Source: an uncultured Phycisphaerales bacterium (GTDB lineage Bacteria > Planctomycetota > Phycisphaerae > Sedimentisphaerales > Anaerobacaceae). Taken from it: DNA of 64,000 bases. The notes under the pieces are model-generated. The model was not told the DNA's origin. It saw nothing but the letters and a program-made list of their open reading frames with translations, and searched no databases. The translations under genes were made by a program, and so were the position numbers. The stretch lies in NCBI GenBank assembly GCA_963772725.1, contig CAVYYI010000001.1, positions 576,001 through 640,000 of the forward strand, given 5' to 3'. This document shows positions 1-9,700 of this stretch, piece after piece (within the stretch, counting starts at the first letter, position 1; every line of letters starts with the position of its first letter).

Positions 1-15
1 ACCTCTGTGGCTAAG

Positions 16-678
16 CTAAAATTTTCTCATCAATCCAACAACGACCGCTTCGATTCGGCAAATCTCCGGATAGATCGGTTCGTATTTTTCATTGGCAGGC
101 TGTAATCTGATTCGCCCATTTTCCTTATAGAATCGTTTCAGCGTCGCGTTTTCGTTATCGATAATCGCGACAACCAACTGGCCGTTATTGGCGACCGAGG
201 CTTTTTTGCAAATCACGTAATCCCCGCTGCATATCCCGTCTTCAATCATACTGTCACCGGCAACCTTTAACGCGAATGTCCCCACATCCGCTCCGAAATG
301 CGAACCCAGTGAAATCCTCTCATCCGTTTCTATCGCTTCGATAGGTACACCCGCCGCGACTGTCCCCGATAGGGGGATACCATCGTTAGACTCAACCGTT
401 ACCTCCGGCTCATTATCCGCGAGACTTTCAAGCAGTTCTTGCGATTTTGATGTCAGGGTTAAAGAGCGAATCTTTCCCGGCAAAACCGAAAGCAGAGATT
501 TTTTTTGCAGTTCTTCGAGATGCTCGAATACGGTGCTTCGACTTATGTTCAGCGTGCCTGCGAGTTCTGCTATCGTCGGGGAATAGCAGTGACTGGCTGT
601 GAAATTCGCCACGACTTTGAGTACCTCCAACTGGCGAGGTGTAAGCTGGCTTATCGACTTTGCCGATATTACCTTCAT
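16..678 (-). CDS. lexA: SOS repressor LexA
   Basis: N-terminal wHTH (LTPRQLEVL..SPTIAELA), Ala-Gly cleavage site VAAG, S24 peptidase motifs GDSM and TLKRFY. Confidence 0.95.
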   Translation of the reverse strand: MKVISAKSISQLTPRQLEVLKVVANFTASHCYSPTIAELAGTLNISRSTVFEHLEELQKKSLLSVLPGKIRSLTLTSKSQELLESLADNEPEVTVESNDGIPLSGTVAAGVPIEAIETDERISLGSHFGADVGTFALKVAGDSMIEDGICSGDYVICKKASVANNGQLVVAIIDNENATLKRFYKENGRIRLQPANEKYEPIYPEICRIEAVVVGLMRKF

Positions 679-922
679 TTTTTACAAATCCCTTCCGTGG
701 AATAATATTTTCAGTTATATCCGAAATTTCTACACTGTATTGGCCCTGACTCTCGGATATCCCCGTCAGACCGTTTATTATCTGACTAAGTGACTGCAGC
801 ACCCGGTTAAGACGACCCGTCGCAGCGACCGGAACGTCATCCGATGGCCAAAAGAATACAAAATCGCCCCCAGGCCCAAATCTGCATACTGGTTCGTTAT
901 TTCTGTTGTAGCGGTCATTCAT
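428..922 (-). CDS. Hypothetical protein upstream of and overlapping lexA in another frame
   Basis: Open frame from ATG 922 (MNDRY..CRFGPGGDFVFFWP) that stays open ~250 nt into lexA; no recognised domain. Confidence 0.35.
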   Translation of the reverse strand: MNDRYNRNNEPVCRFGPGGDFVFFWPSDDVPVAATGRLNRVLQSLSQIINGLTGISESQGQYSVEISDITENIIPRKGFVKNEGNIGKVDKPAYTSPVGGTQSRGEFHSQSLLFPDDSRTRRHAEHKSKHRIRASRRTAKKISAFGFAGKDSLFNPDIKIARTA

Positions 923-1159
923 AATTTCCATCCATTTCTGCCCGTTAATTCTTGCCAGGCTCAATCTTGGTATAACCTTTATCGGTAAGACCCCCGAAAA
1001 AACCCTAACAAAAACCGAACAAAATTTGACTGATTGAAAAAAAATTTTCATTTCATTATTCGGCTTATTGAGACCCCTGATAATATGGGACTCCCAATGG
1101 AATTTTAGCAAAAATTTCAGCCGTTTTTTCATAAGTTTTCGTAAATCCATTGCTAAACA

Positions 1160-1335
1160 CCCCATTTTCCACTACACAGGCAACAGTTTTGTTGCTATCG
1201 ATGTCAAATCCGATATACTTATCCATTAGAGCCTCCATTGCAAAAAGGTTATTGTGCTGCACCACAAGTGCAAGCACGTAAATTTTTGGGACGTTTAACG
1301 ATCCCGTATTATAACAGAGCTTGGAGGCTCCGGTT
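1160..1335 (-). mobile_element. IS110/IS1111-family left-end remnant with about 22 codons of transposase
   Basis: MDKYIGFDIDSNKTVACVVENG from ATG 1226 resembles the DEDD RuvC N-terminus; GGAGG RBS; inverted repeat GAGCCTCCA (1229-1237)/TGGAGGCTC (1322-1330); TGnTATAAT at 1308-1316 on minus strand. Confidence 0.55.
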
Positions 1336-1375
1336 TCATAGTTTATCTGTGGCTAAAAATTGTTTTTCTCTGCTT

Positions 1376-1741
1376 ATGGATAAAACCGGAAAATTTGTAA
1401 TACAGAAACACATAAAGCTAAATGCGTCTGTCCATTGGGATTTGATGTTCGAGGCTGGCGGTGTTCTTGAAACGTACAGACTTGAATTACCACCTGAACA
1501 GATAATCCATCAGCAAACCGCCGCTGTAAAAATTTTCGACCATCCCCTTAGATTCCTAACCTATCAGGGAAGCGTCAATAAAGATGCAGGCAGTGTTGAA
1601 ATTGTTGAGTCCGGAATGTTCCAACTGATAAGTCGGGACGATAACGAAAAGAAACTGCAACTTAACGGCAAAATACTCAACGGCCTGTTTATTCTTACCT
1701 TTATTCAGGACGACAACTGGCTCTTCGGGCATCTCGGTTAA
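1376..1741 (+). CDS. Stand-alone LigD 3'-phosphoesterase-domain protein
   Basis: FVIQKH..HWDLMFE..DHPLRFLTYQG..GSVEIVESG motif pattern of the LigD PE module. Confidence 0.75.
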   Translation: MDKTGKFVIQKHIKLNASVHWDLMFEAGGVLETYRLELPPEQIIHQQTAAVKIFDHPLRFLTYQGSVNKDAGSVEIVESGMFQLISRDDNEKKLQLNGKILNGLFILTFIQDDNWLFGHLG

Positions 1742-1791
1742 TCACGGCCTTGACTATTTTCGTTTCCATACTCATCTGGATATTGAAAAAA

Positions 1792-3161
1792 TCACTTCAA
1801 TCCATCTTTAATATTAAAAATAGCGTTCAGATATTTTTCGACGATGCTTTTTTCCTTTGCCTCAGCTATAACCCTCATCACCGGCTCGGTATTACTGGTT
1901 CTTAAATGCACCCATCCGTCCTCGAAATCAAAGCGGCAGCCATCGCTTGTGTTGATTTTAGCCTGTGGAAAAAGTTTCATTGCTGAATCGATAATTTGCT
2001 GTGCCTGTGATTTATCAGCGGCAAATTTTTCTTTTCTCATATAATAACCGCCAACCTCGCCGGCCAGTTCGCTAACAGTTTTGCCCGTATCAGCCATCAA
2101 CTGAAGAACAATCGCGATACCGACAAGGCTGTCGCGAATCGGCCCGACGCGTAAATCTATCACACCGCCGTTACCCTCACCGCCGATTATGCACTTATGC
2201 TTTATCATAGCTCCTGCCACGTTTGCCTCTCCGACAGGTGTCCGGATGACTTTGCCGCCCGCTTTTAACGCTATATCGTCAATCATTCTCGATGTTGAAA
2301 GATTAGCGGCGGCAGCTCCTTTTCTCCTGCTGAAAATGTATTTTGCCGCCAATGCCAGCGTATATTCTTCGCCGATATAGTTCCCATTTTCATCGACAAT
2401 TGCCAGCCTGTCCGCGTCCGGGTCCTGAGCGAAACCAATATCAGCTTTTTCTTTTTTCACTATCTTGCAAAAGCCAGCCAGATTTTCCGCCGTCGGCTCA
2501 GGTGTGTGCGCAAATAGTCCCGTCGGCGTATCGTTAATCGCCTTTACTTTGCAGCCCAACTCAGCGAGCAGCTTTTTGTAATCCGTCCGCCCGCGCCGTT
2601 AACGCTGTCCAGAACGACTTTGAATTTTTTTGAGGCTATCTTCTTTTTGTTCACTATTTGCAGAACCCTGGCAATATGAACAGCGTCGGTATCCTCATTA
2701 CCGCTAACCTTGCCGCACGCGACTGAATCCGCAAAAGCGAAATGTCTATCAAAATAAATCTTCCTGATTTGTTCAGCAAATTCCGGCGGGGGGGCGATGC
2801 CGTTACCGAGCAGCAGTTTTATTCCGTTATACTGAACCGGGTTATGCGAAGCTGTAATAATCACTCCGCCCGCGCATTTAAGTTCCCTAAGCATAACACC
2901 CACACAAGGCGTTGTTACTATCCCCAAATCAATCACATCCACGCCGACAGCACACAACCCCGCGTTCACCGCGGCACTGAGCATCTGTCCGCTTGGCCTC
3001 GAATCCCTGCCGATACATACCGACAGTTTTTTTCGGCCTGTCTGCTTAGTCTTTAGAAATGTTCCATAAGCGCATCCGTACTCAGCCGCTATCGCCGCTG
3101 TAAGATTTTCACCGATAATACCTCTCATTCCGCTGATACTGATTATCAATTGTTCGGCCAT
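1792..3161 (-). CDS. glmM: Phosphoglucosamine mutase / phosphomannomutase (one frameshift near 2575)
   Basis: SISGMRG, GRDSR, TASHNP catalytic loop, DPDADR metal loop, GGEGNGG, RTSNTEP split over ORFs 2544..3161 and 1792..2559 at an A-run. Confidence 0.85.
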
Positions 3162-3183
3162 ATTGCACTCCGCTTAATATGAG

Positions 3184-3213
3184 AAGGGGCGATTAATAAC
3201 TAATCGCCCCCTT
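3184..3213. terminator. GC-rich hairpin between serA and glmM
   Basis: AAGGGGCGATTA-ATAAC-TAATCGCCCC(C)TT inverted repeat. Confidence 0.55.
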
Positions 3214-3232
3214 GCTTTGTTTGCGTATATTT

Positions 3233-4822
3233 TTAATCCAGCTTGCAGACATAAATCTCATTTACAAAATCCAGTTTGCCAAGCTCTTCGACCGCCTTTA
3301 CGTCCGGCTCCTTATCGAGACTGACAGCAAGGATTGCCTTTTGCTCCTTTAATTTTTGACCAACGCCCATCGTGCAGATATTGATTTTATGCTTGCCGCA
3401 AACCGTTCCGACTGCGCCAATCACGCCCGGCTTGTCGTCGTTGAATATCACCAATACCGCGCCCTGCGGGGTCATCTCAATATTGAAACCGTCAATTTCG
3501 ATAATCCTAAGCTGCGTCCCGCCGAAAACCGAACCCGTTACCGTACGTTCCATCTTATCGGTTACAATCTTGACGCTGAAGCTTGCCGATACGTCTTTCG
3601 GCTCGGCATTCTTGGTCTCATCTATGCTTATTCCCCGCTCTTTGGCCAAAACGCCGACATTAACCATATTCAGCGGCATCTCAAAATGCTTCTGCAGCAG
3701 TCCTATCGCGAAATTCAGGGTAACCGGCTTTACCCTCATTTCGGCGATTGTGCCGCGGTACTCTATAGCAACATTCTTTATCTGGCCTGTCGTAATTGTG
3801 CTGACCATCAATCCGATCCGTCTTGCGAGTTCCGCGTACTGGTTTACTATTGGCGGTACAACGCCGGTCGTCGATGGAGCGTTAACGGCGTTTCTCACGG
3901 ACCCGCCCTTGACAGCCTCTGCGAGAATCTCCGCTGCCTCAATCGCGACTTCCACCTGGGCCTCTTCCGTGCTGGCGCCAAGATGCGGCGTAACAAGGCA
4001 GTTTTCGAACTGGGTAAAACGCGTATCAACAGGCGGCTCCTTCGGGAAAACATCCAGGGCCGCTCCAGCAATTCGATTCGCCGCCAGCGCCTCATACAGT
4101 GCGTCCTCATTGATAATTCCGCCGCGAGCGCAGTTAATCAGCCGCACCGTAGGCTTCATCATCTTTATCTGCTCGGCGCCAATCATATTAAGCGTCTGGT
4201 CGTTCTTAGGCACATGAACCGTGATATAATCAGCCTCCTTGAAAATCCTGTTCAGGTCGCCGGTTACATCTACGCCGATTTTTTCTGCGTCCGGTGGGGC
4301 GGCCAGCGGGTCATATCCAAGCACTTTCATATTAAATGCCCTGGCCATCTTCGCGACAGCCATACCGATTCTGCCGAGGCCGATAACGCCCAGTACTTTC
4401 CCATTGAGCTGGTTGCCAATATATTTTTTCTTGTCCCACACACCCGATTTAAGACTATTGCATGCCGGCACAACCTTTCTGCTCATACCCAGCATCAATG
4501 CCATCGTATGCTCGGCTGCGCTGAGCGTATTGCCGCCCGGCGTATTCATTACCAGAATGCCTTTTCTTGTTGCGGCAGGCACATCAACATTATCCACACC
4601 AACACCGGCTCTGGCGATACCTTTAAGTTTGCCCGGCTTTTCCAGTACCTTCGCTGTCACCTTTGTTTCGCTTCGAATTATCAGGCCGTCATATTCCCCG
4701 ATAATCTTCGCCAGCTCATCTTCGCTTATCCCGACCTTAACTACAGGCTCAACATCTTTCATCGACTTGAGCAGGTCTATTCCTTCTTTTGCCAGTTTGT
4801 CCGTAATCAAAATTTTAGTCAT
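3233..4822 (-). CDS. serA: D-3-phosphoglycerate dehydrogenase (ASB and ACT domains)
   Basis: RAGVGVDNVD, GLGRIG Rossmann motif, NCARGG, TPHLGAST, C-terminal ACT (NDDKPGVIG). Confidence 0.96.
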   Translation of the reverse strand: MTKILITDKLAKEGIDLLKSMKDVEPVVKVGISEDELAKIIGEYDGLIIRSETKVTAKVLEKPGKLKGIARAGVGVDNVDVPAATRKGILVMNTPGGNTLSAAEHTMALMLGMSRKVVPACNSLKSGVWDKKKYIGNQLNGKVLGVIGLGRIGMAVAKMARAFNMKVLGYDPLAAPPDAEKIGVDVTGDLNRIFKEADYITVHVPKNDQTLNMIGAEQIKMMKPTVRLINCARGGIINEDALYEALAANRIAGAALDVFPKEPPVDTRFTQFENCLVTPHLGASTEEAQVEVAIEAAEILAEAVKGGSVRNAVNAPSTTGVVPPIVNQYAELARRIGLMVSTITTGQIKNVAIEYRGTIAEMRVKPVTLNFAIGLLQKHFEMPLNMVNVGVLAKERGISIDETKNAEPKDVSASFSVKIVTDKMERTVTGSVFGGTQLRIIEIDGFNIEMTPQGAVLVIFNDDKPGVIGAVGTVCGKHKINICTMGVGQKLKEQKAILAVSLDKEPDVKAVEELGKLDFVNEIYVCKLD

Positions 4823-4863
4823 CTTATAGCTCCCAATAATTTTTCGCTTGTCTGATTCCTCAC

Positions 4864-5328
4864 CTAACGCTCACTTATTGTCCGTGCCAGGGTAACAGCC
4901 CAGCCCGCCGCCGCAATAATTATAATCGCCAGTACAATATACCTTATCTTTATTTCCGCAACGATACGTTTAAGAATACAAAAATATACCCCAAAAACCG
5001 CCGTAAGGGAATATAAAAATCCCGCGATAACAAGCACGCAGCAAAATAATCCGCACGCGGGCTGAATATAAAACGCATCAAAAATCTTACCTTGGGAAAA
5101 AGCAATTGCCGCCGTTGTCATCCCGCACGTCGGGCAGGGCAGGCCGAACTGCTGCTTAAATCCGCACGGATTTATAAAAAACCCGATATCTATTTTGTTT
5201 TTGCCCGCCAGCGACAGTACTGTAAAAAATAATGCTATGGATAAAAAAATTACTACAGCCCACAAACGCTGTCTCTTGGACGCCTTGCAGAAAATCTTCG
5301 CCTTATTTAACTGTTGGTCTTTTTCCAT
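4864..5328 (-). CDS. DUF2752-like membrane protein
   Basis: CGFK..GLPCPTCGMT motif between hydrophobic helices. Confidence 0.75.
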   Translation of the reverse strand: MEKDQQLNKAKIFCKASKRQRLWAVVIFLSIALFFTVLSLAGKNKIDIGFFINPCGFKQQFGLPCPTCGMTTAAIAFSQGKIFDAFYIQPACGLFCCVLVIAGFLYSLTAVFGVYFCILKRIVAEIKIRYIVLAIIIIAAAGWAVTLARTISER

Positions 5329-5439
5329 ATTTGTGTTAAAATAAAGGTTTAAGTTCACTATGTCAATACAGCATTGTGTTCTCAGTGGATTATGGGCTGA
5401 GATAAGTTTTTTGCTTTGGATTTAGTTGGAATTACTTTT

Positions 5440-6252
5440 ATGATATTGGAACAGAACAATTTAAATCAAATTCTCGAAACCGCCGTAACCGCCGCCCGGC
5501 TGGCAGGACAAAAGGCGATGCGGGAAATAGATTCCGCCAGGATTACCATAAAAAACAATTCTGAACTCGTAACGCAACTCGATTCTCAATGCCAGCGGCT
5601 AATCATTGACCACGTCCAAAAAACTTATCCGGATGACGGTTTTATTTGCGAGGAGGGCGATAACGGCAAAATCTTCAAACAAAATCCTCGCGGCCGTGAC
5701 TGCTGCTGGTGGGTCATTGACCCCATAGACGGAACGAATAATTTCGCTCATCGCATACTTATTTTTACCGTGAGTATCGGCGTTATGTATAAAGGTGAGC
5801 CGATTGTTGGTGTGATTTACGACCCCGCGACTGATTCTATGTTCACCGCCATAAAAGGCCGGCAGGCTCAATTAAACGGCAGGCCGATAACCGCCGGTGA
5901 TGAATCCCTGAATAAATTTGCAAGTCTGACCATTGACAGCTATTTCGACCATGGTATTCCATCCTGGGCCGAACAGCTTATGATGCGAACACGTTTTCGC
6001 GACCTCGGCACAACAGCTTTGCATTTGGCCTATCTGGCTAAAGGCAGCTTTATCGCGACAGTCCTCCAAAAACCAAAACTCTGGGACGTCGCCGCAGGTG
6101 CTGTAATCGCTGAATCCGCCGGCGCCGTTGTAACTGATTGGGATGGGAAAAAAATCTTCCCTTATGACATAGAAGCCTACAATGGCCAAAGCCTCCAAAT
6201 CCTCGCCGCAAACAAAACAGTCCACCCCGAAATCCTGCAACTGCTCAAGTAA
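5440..6252 (+). CDS. Inositol monophosphatase family protein (SuhB-like)
   Basis: CEE, WVIDPIDGTNNF and WDVAAG motifs. Confidence 0.9.
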   Translation: MILEQNNLNQILETAVTAARLAGQKAMREIDSARITIKNNSELVTQLDSQCQRLIIDHVQKTYPDDGFICEEGDNGKIFKQNPRGRDCCWWVIDPIDGTNNFAHRILIFTVSIGVMYKGEPIVGVIYDPATDSMFTAIKGRQAQLNGRPITAGDESLNKFASLTIDSYFDHGIPSWAEQLMMRTRFRDLGTTALHLAYLAKGSFIATVLQKPKLWDVAAGAVIAESAGAVVTDWDGKKIFPYDIEAYNGQSLQILAANKTVHPEILQLLK

Positions 6253-6256
6253 TTGT

Positions 6257-6307
6257 CGATTTACGGTTGCCGATTTTCGATTTATAAAATTTGCGGTTTA
6301 CGATTGG
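6257..6307. repeat. Degenerate heptamer array (CGATTTN)n, left flank of four-helix-bundle gene
   Basis: CGATTTA CGGTTGC CGATTTT CGATTTA ... CGGTTTA CGATTGG. Confidence 0.8.
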
Positions 6308-6348
6308 TTGGTTTATAATCCACAAGTTATTTAGGTAGGAATGACGCT

Positions 6349-6702
6349 GTGACGCCGGATGATTTAAAGAAAAGAACAAAGCAATTTGGTTTACTTGTGA
6401 TAAGGTTTGTGGAGACACTTCCGAAAACCACAAGCGGTCTTATTATGGGTAAACAGTTGTTGCGATGTGCTACCTCGGTAGGAGCAAATTACCGTGCCGC
6501 CTGTAGAAGCAGGTCGAAATCTGAGTTCATTGCCAAACTAGGAATTGTTGAAGAAGAAGCGGACGAGACGGTTTATTGGCTGGAAATGCTGACCGAAGCA
6601 AAGTTGGGAGAAGCAAAAATCATAAAAGAAATGCTTGCTGAGGCAAATGCATTAACTGCAATTATAGTTGCATCGCGCAAAACAGCCAAAAGCAACAATT
6701 AA
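6349..6702 (+). CDS. Four helix bundle protein (23S rRNA intervening-sequence protein family)
   Basis: QLLRCATSVGANYRAA..RSKSEFIAKLGIVEEEADETVYWLEML signature; GTG start with AGGA RBS. Confidence 0.9.
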   Translation: MTPDDLKKRTKQFGLLVIRFVETLPKTTSGLIMGKQLLRCATSVGANYRAACRSRSKSEFIAKLGIVEEEADETVYWLEMLTEAKLGEAKIIKEMLAEANALTAIIVASRKTAKSNN

Positions 6703-6724
6703 AATCGCGCGTCCCAATTTTTTA

Positions 6725-6757
6725 AAAATCGGCAATCGCAAATCGTAAATCGGAAAT
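6725..6757. repeat. Degenerate heptamer array (NAAATCG)n, right flank, inverted relative to 6257-6307
   Basis: AAAATCG GCAATCG CAAATCG TAAATCG GAAATT. Confidence 0.8.
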
Positions 6758-9700
6758 TATCTTGGGTCCGGCACCTGGTATAGCGAAACTATTTTAACCT
6801 TGTCGCTCGGCAGTTTTACGCCGCTTCTGTCCAGTATCGCCATAACCCTTCTTTGCGGCCCGTCGTTTCCGATGCGAATAAGTATATAAGCTGTGAACAC
6901 ATCACTGCGAACTGTTACCAAATCGCTCATTCTCGCGAATATTAAATCCCGTTCTTCAAAATCATTCGCTACACCATCTAATTTAGTTCGTCTATCGTTA
7001 TTTAGGTCAGGAAAACCCTTCTGATCGTCTTTATCAAGTGCATAGTAACGCATATCAACCAGTTGGTTGCTATTATTAATTACTGTTGTAAGTTCGCCGA
7101 TACTTGCAAATCCAGGTTCTTCTCTGAGGAGTGGAATGCCTGTGGCGTTGGTTCTGCCGCCGCTGTAATCAATAACATTGTTTAGCTTATCCCTGTAACT
7201 GATAATTGCTGAGGCAAGACCATAATTGAGTTCATTAACCTTTTGTGACACCCACGGAAGTTGAGCTATCACAAACCACGGTGCGGTATTAATATTTATA
7301 CGTCCCTTGATTCTTGTTTCGTTGGGGTCGTTAATATGATTATTCGGGTCTATCACAGTCAGGTACTGGAACAACTTCTGCACAGTCGGATTTTCCACAT
7401 CAAGTCTTAATTGAGCCTCTGTATCAGTAATTTGAATCCTGTCAGCTGGCATAGGTACCTCATAATAGGTACTCTTTTTGAAGACAAATCCTATCTCGCC
7501 GATATTATTAAAATGCTGCTGAAACGGCTGGATGCTCGTAACCGCTGGATACCAATTCGAATAGGTTAAATCATTAAATGATCCGAGACTCACAAAATTG
7601 CTCCGTCTACCATCTATATCCCATAGCCTTTTGACTCGCTCTTTCCAGTGTATGTCTCTCTGGAAACTCCGCGGAATTTCATTAGGATCGTTGGCGTCGA
7701 TAAGCCAATATGGTATAAGTATATCCCCTGACTGTACAGGTCCTATTGCGTCAACGATAATATCTCCATTTTTGCCCGGTCCGTCTTTATCCGGTACGTT
7801 ACGGGTCAACATAATACTTGTGTCTGGGCCGAAAACAATATCATCTGGACCAATGATACCAGCGATTGAATTAGGCTCCTGAAGCCAAGTTGTAAAATTC
7901 CATACATCGCCTTTTGATAAAACAGACTTATCGGCGTCAAGGCTATCAACGCGCCAGTAATAAGTCGTGTCGATGTTCAAAGGCGCCGACGGCTTATAAG
8001 AAGTCCACGGTTGTTCATTACCTACACGTACAGCTGAGGAAGAATCGGCGTTTGTTACTTCGTTGGAATCTGTTCCGAAATAAACATTAAAATATGTCGG
8101 CTGTACCCATATCCCATTGGGGTCCAATTCCCATCCTTGTTCCCAACTGAGAGTTATATCTGGGTCAACTCCTGTCGCGCCATCGTCGGGGCTGTCACTG
8201 AATTTAACGGTAGAAGCCAGCTCAGCGGCGGGATCTTCCCATATTTGTACAAAATATCTGCCGCCTCGCTCGGCAAAAACTTTATCGTCAACTGTGACTA
8301 TACGTTTACTAGGGTCATTGGGTTCCCCGATAATAAGTTTCCAGTCATCGAATTTTTCGTGGCCAAACTGCTTGCGAAGTTCAATACCATAAGAGCGGTG
8401 AATTATATTAGGGTCAACAGGGTCTTTTCTAACTCGGCACACTAGTTCAGATATATAAATACACGGACTTTCAAAACCATAAAAATTCCCGACACCCGGC
8501 GCGTAAACGGTGCTTACATTCGAATCCTCATCGCCGTAATCTCTGATATTTGCCGCTGCCTGGGCAAATTCCCGAATTAGAATATCCTTCGCAGCCGCTG
8601 GGAGACATGGATCTATGCAGGGCAGGAATTTAGCGTGATAAAGGTCATTGGCGTCGAGGTCTGAACTGTTTATATTGACCATCCTATCCCCAACAGCGTC
8701 GATTATCCGGTCAATATTATATGTTGTAGCAATATGCCGATAATCGTATTTATCCGGATTCACAGAACTGTTGTTTGCATGGCCGAACCAGTAGTCAGAA
8801 TTAGATGCAAACAGTGCTATATCAGTTAATGGCTTGGCAAGCCACCAGTCAGCGAACTTTGTCCAGAGTTTTTCTATTCTTGTATGAGGGTTACTCCCAT
8901 AGTTATAATTCAACATGTACCTGTATCTTAGTTTTAGTTCATCAGAGATATCGAATGGCGTATAATAGCCTGCCGGTTTGGTGCCATATCGCCAGGTGAC
9001 AGCTTCTTCGTAGGTAGAAGCCGGATAAGCATTTGCATCCGGACAGCGGGCATTCCACAATCTGTCAACTTTTTGGGTATCACTATGAGTCATATCCCTT
9101 GCAGATAATGCCATTAAATTAATCTGCGACTGTCTACGGCCGTCTATATTGCCTCTTTCCGTATCGAGCGGATTGAACAGATATGCGGTGTTGACGTTCA
9201 GCATTCCGCCGTTATCTACAACCCGCACTGCGGTATATACCCGCTCACCCTTATGCGTTTTCATTCCCGGCACCTCAGTCCATACGGAATCCGTGACACC
9301 GTCACCGTCGGCATCGGCATAATAAAACATTACAAGATTGCTGTCTCCTATTTCATTTGAGAGCTGATATTCCGGTTTAATAATTGCCTGGAGTTTCCAG
9401 TTCGTTTGCGAAGCAAGTTTGAGATAAATATCGCTTATATGCGGCCAGAAATAAATATTAGAGCCATTTGTATTCGGCTCAAGGCTTGCCAGCCACGGGT
9501 CAGCATCGCCGGGATAGTCATAATATTCAGGTTTAATCCTGCACGGGTCGTTATGCGGCACATCAAAAACCAGTTCCGTCGATATCTGCGCGATTACCGT
9601 ATCCACCGCCAAATCGAGGTCTTTGCCTACCGCTATGGAGCTTGTGGACATTCTGTTCGCGCGTGAGCTGAGCAGAAACATCGCCCCTAAAATCGCCAGA

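Noticed and set aside
3356..4855. 499-aa and other long plus-strand ORFs opposite serA (similar shadows opposite pdxJ, ftsH and the radical SAM gene)
   Set aside because: Antisense shadows of well-conserved genes with no recognisable motifs
6349..6702. Diversity-generating retroelement, because the four-helix bundle resembles Avd and lies beside pilin genes
   Set aside because: No reverse transcriptase and no TR/VR pair differing at adenines seen in the window
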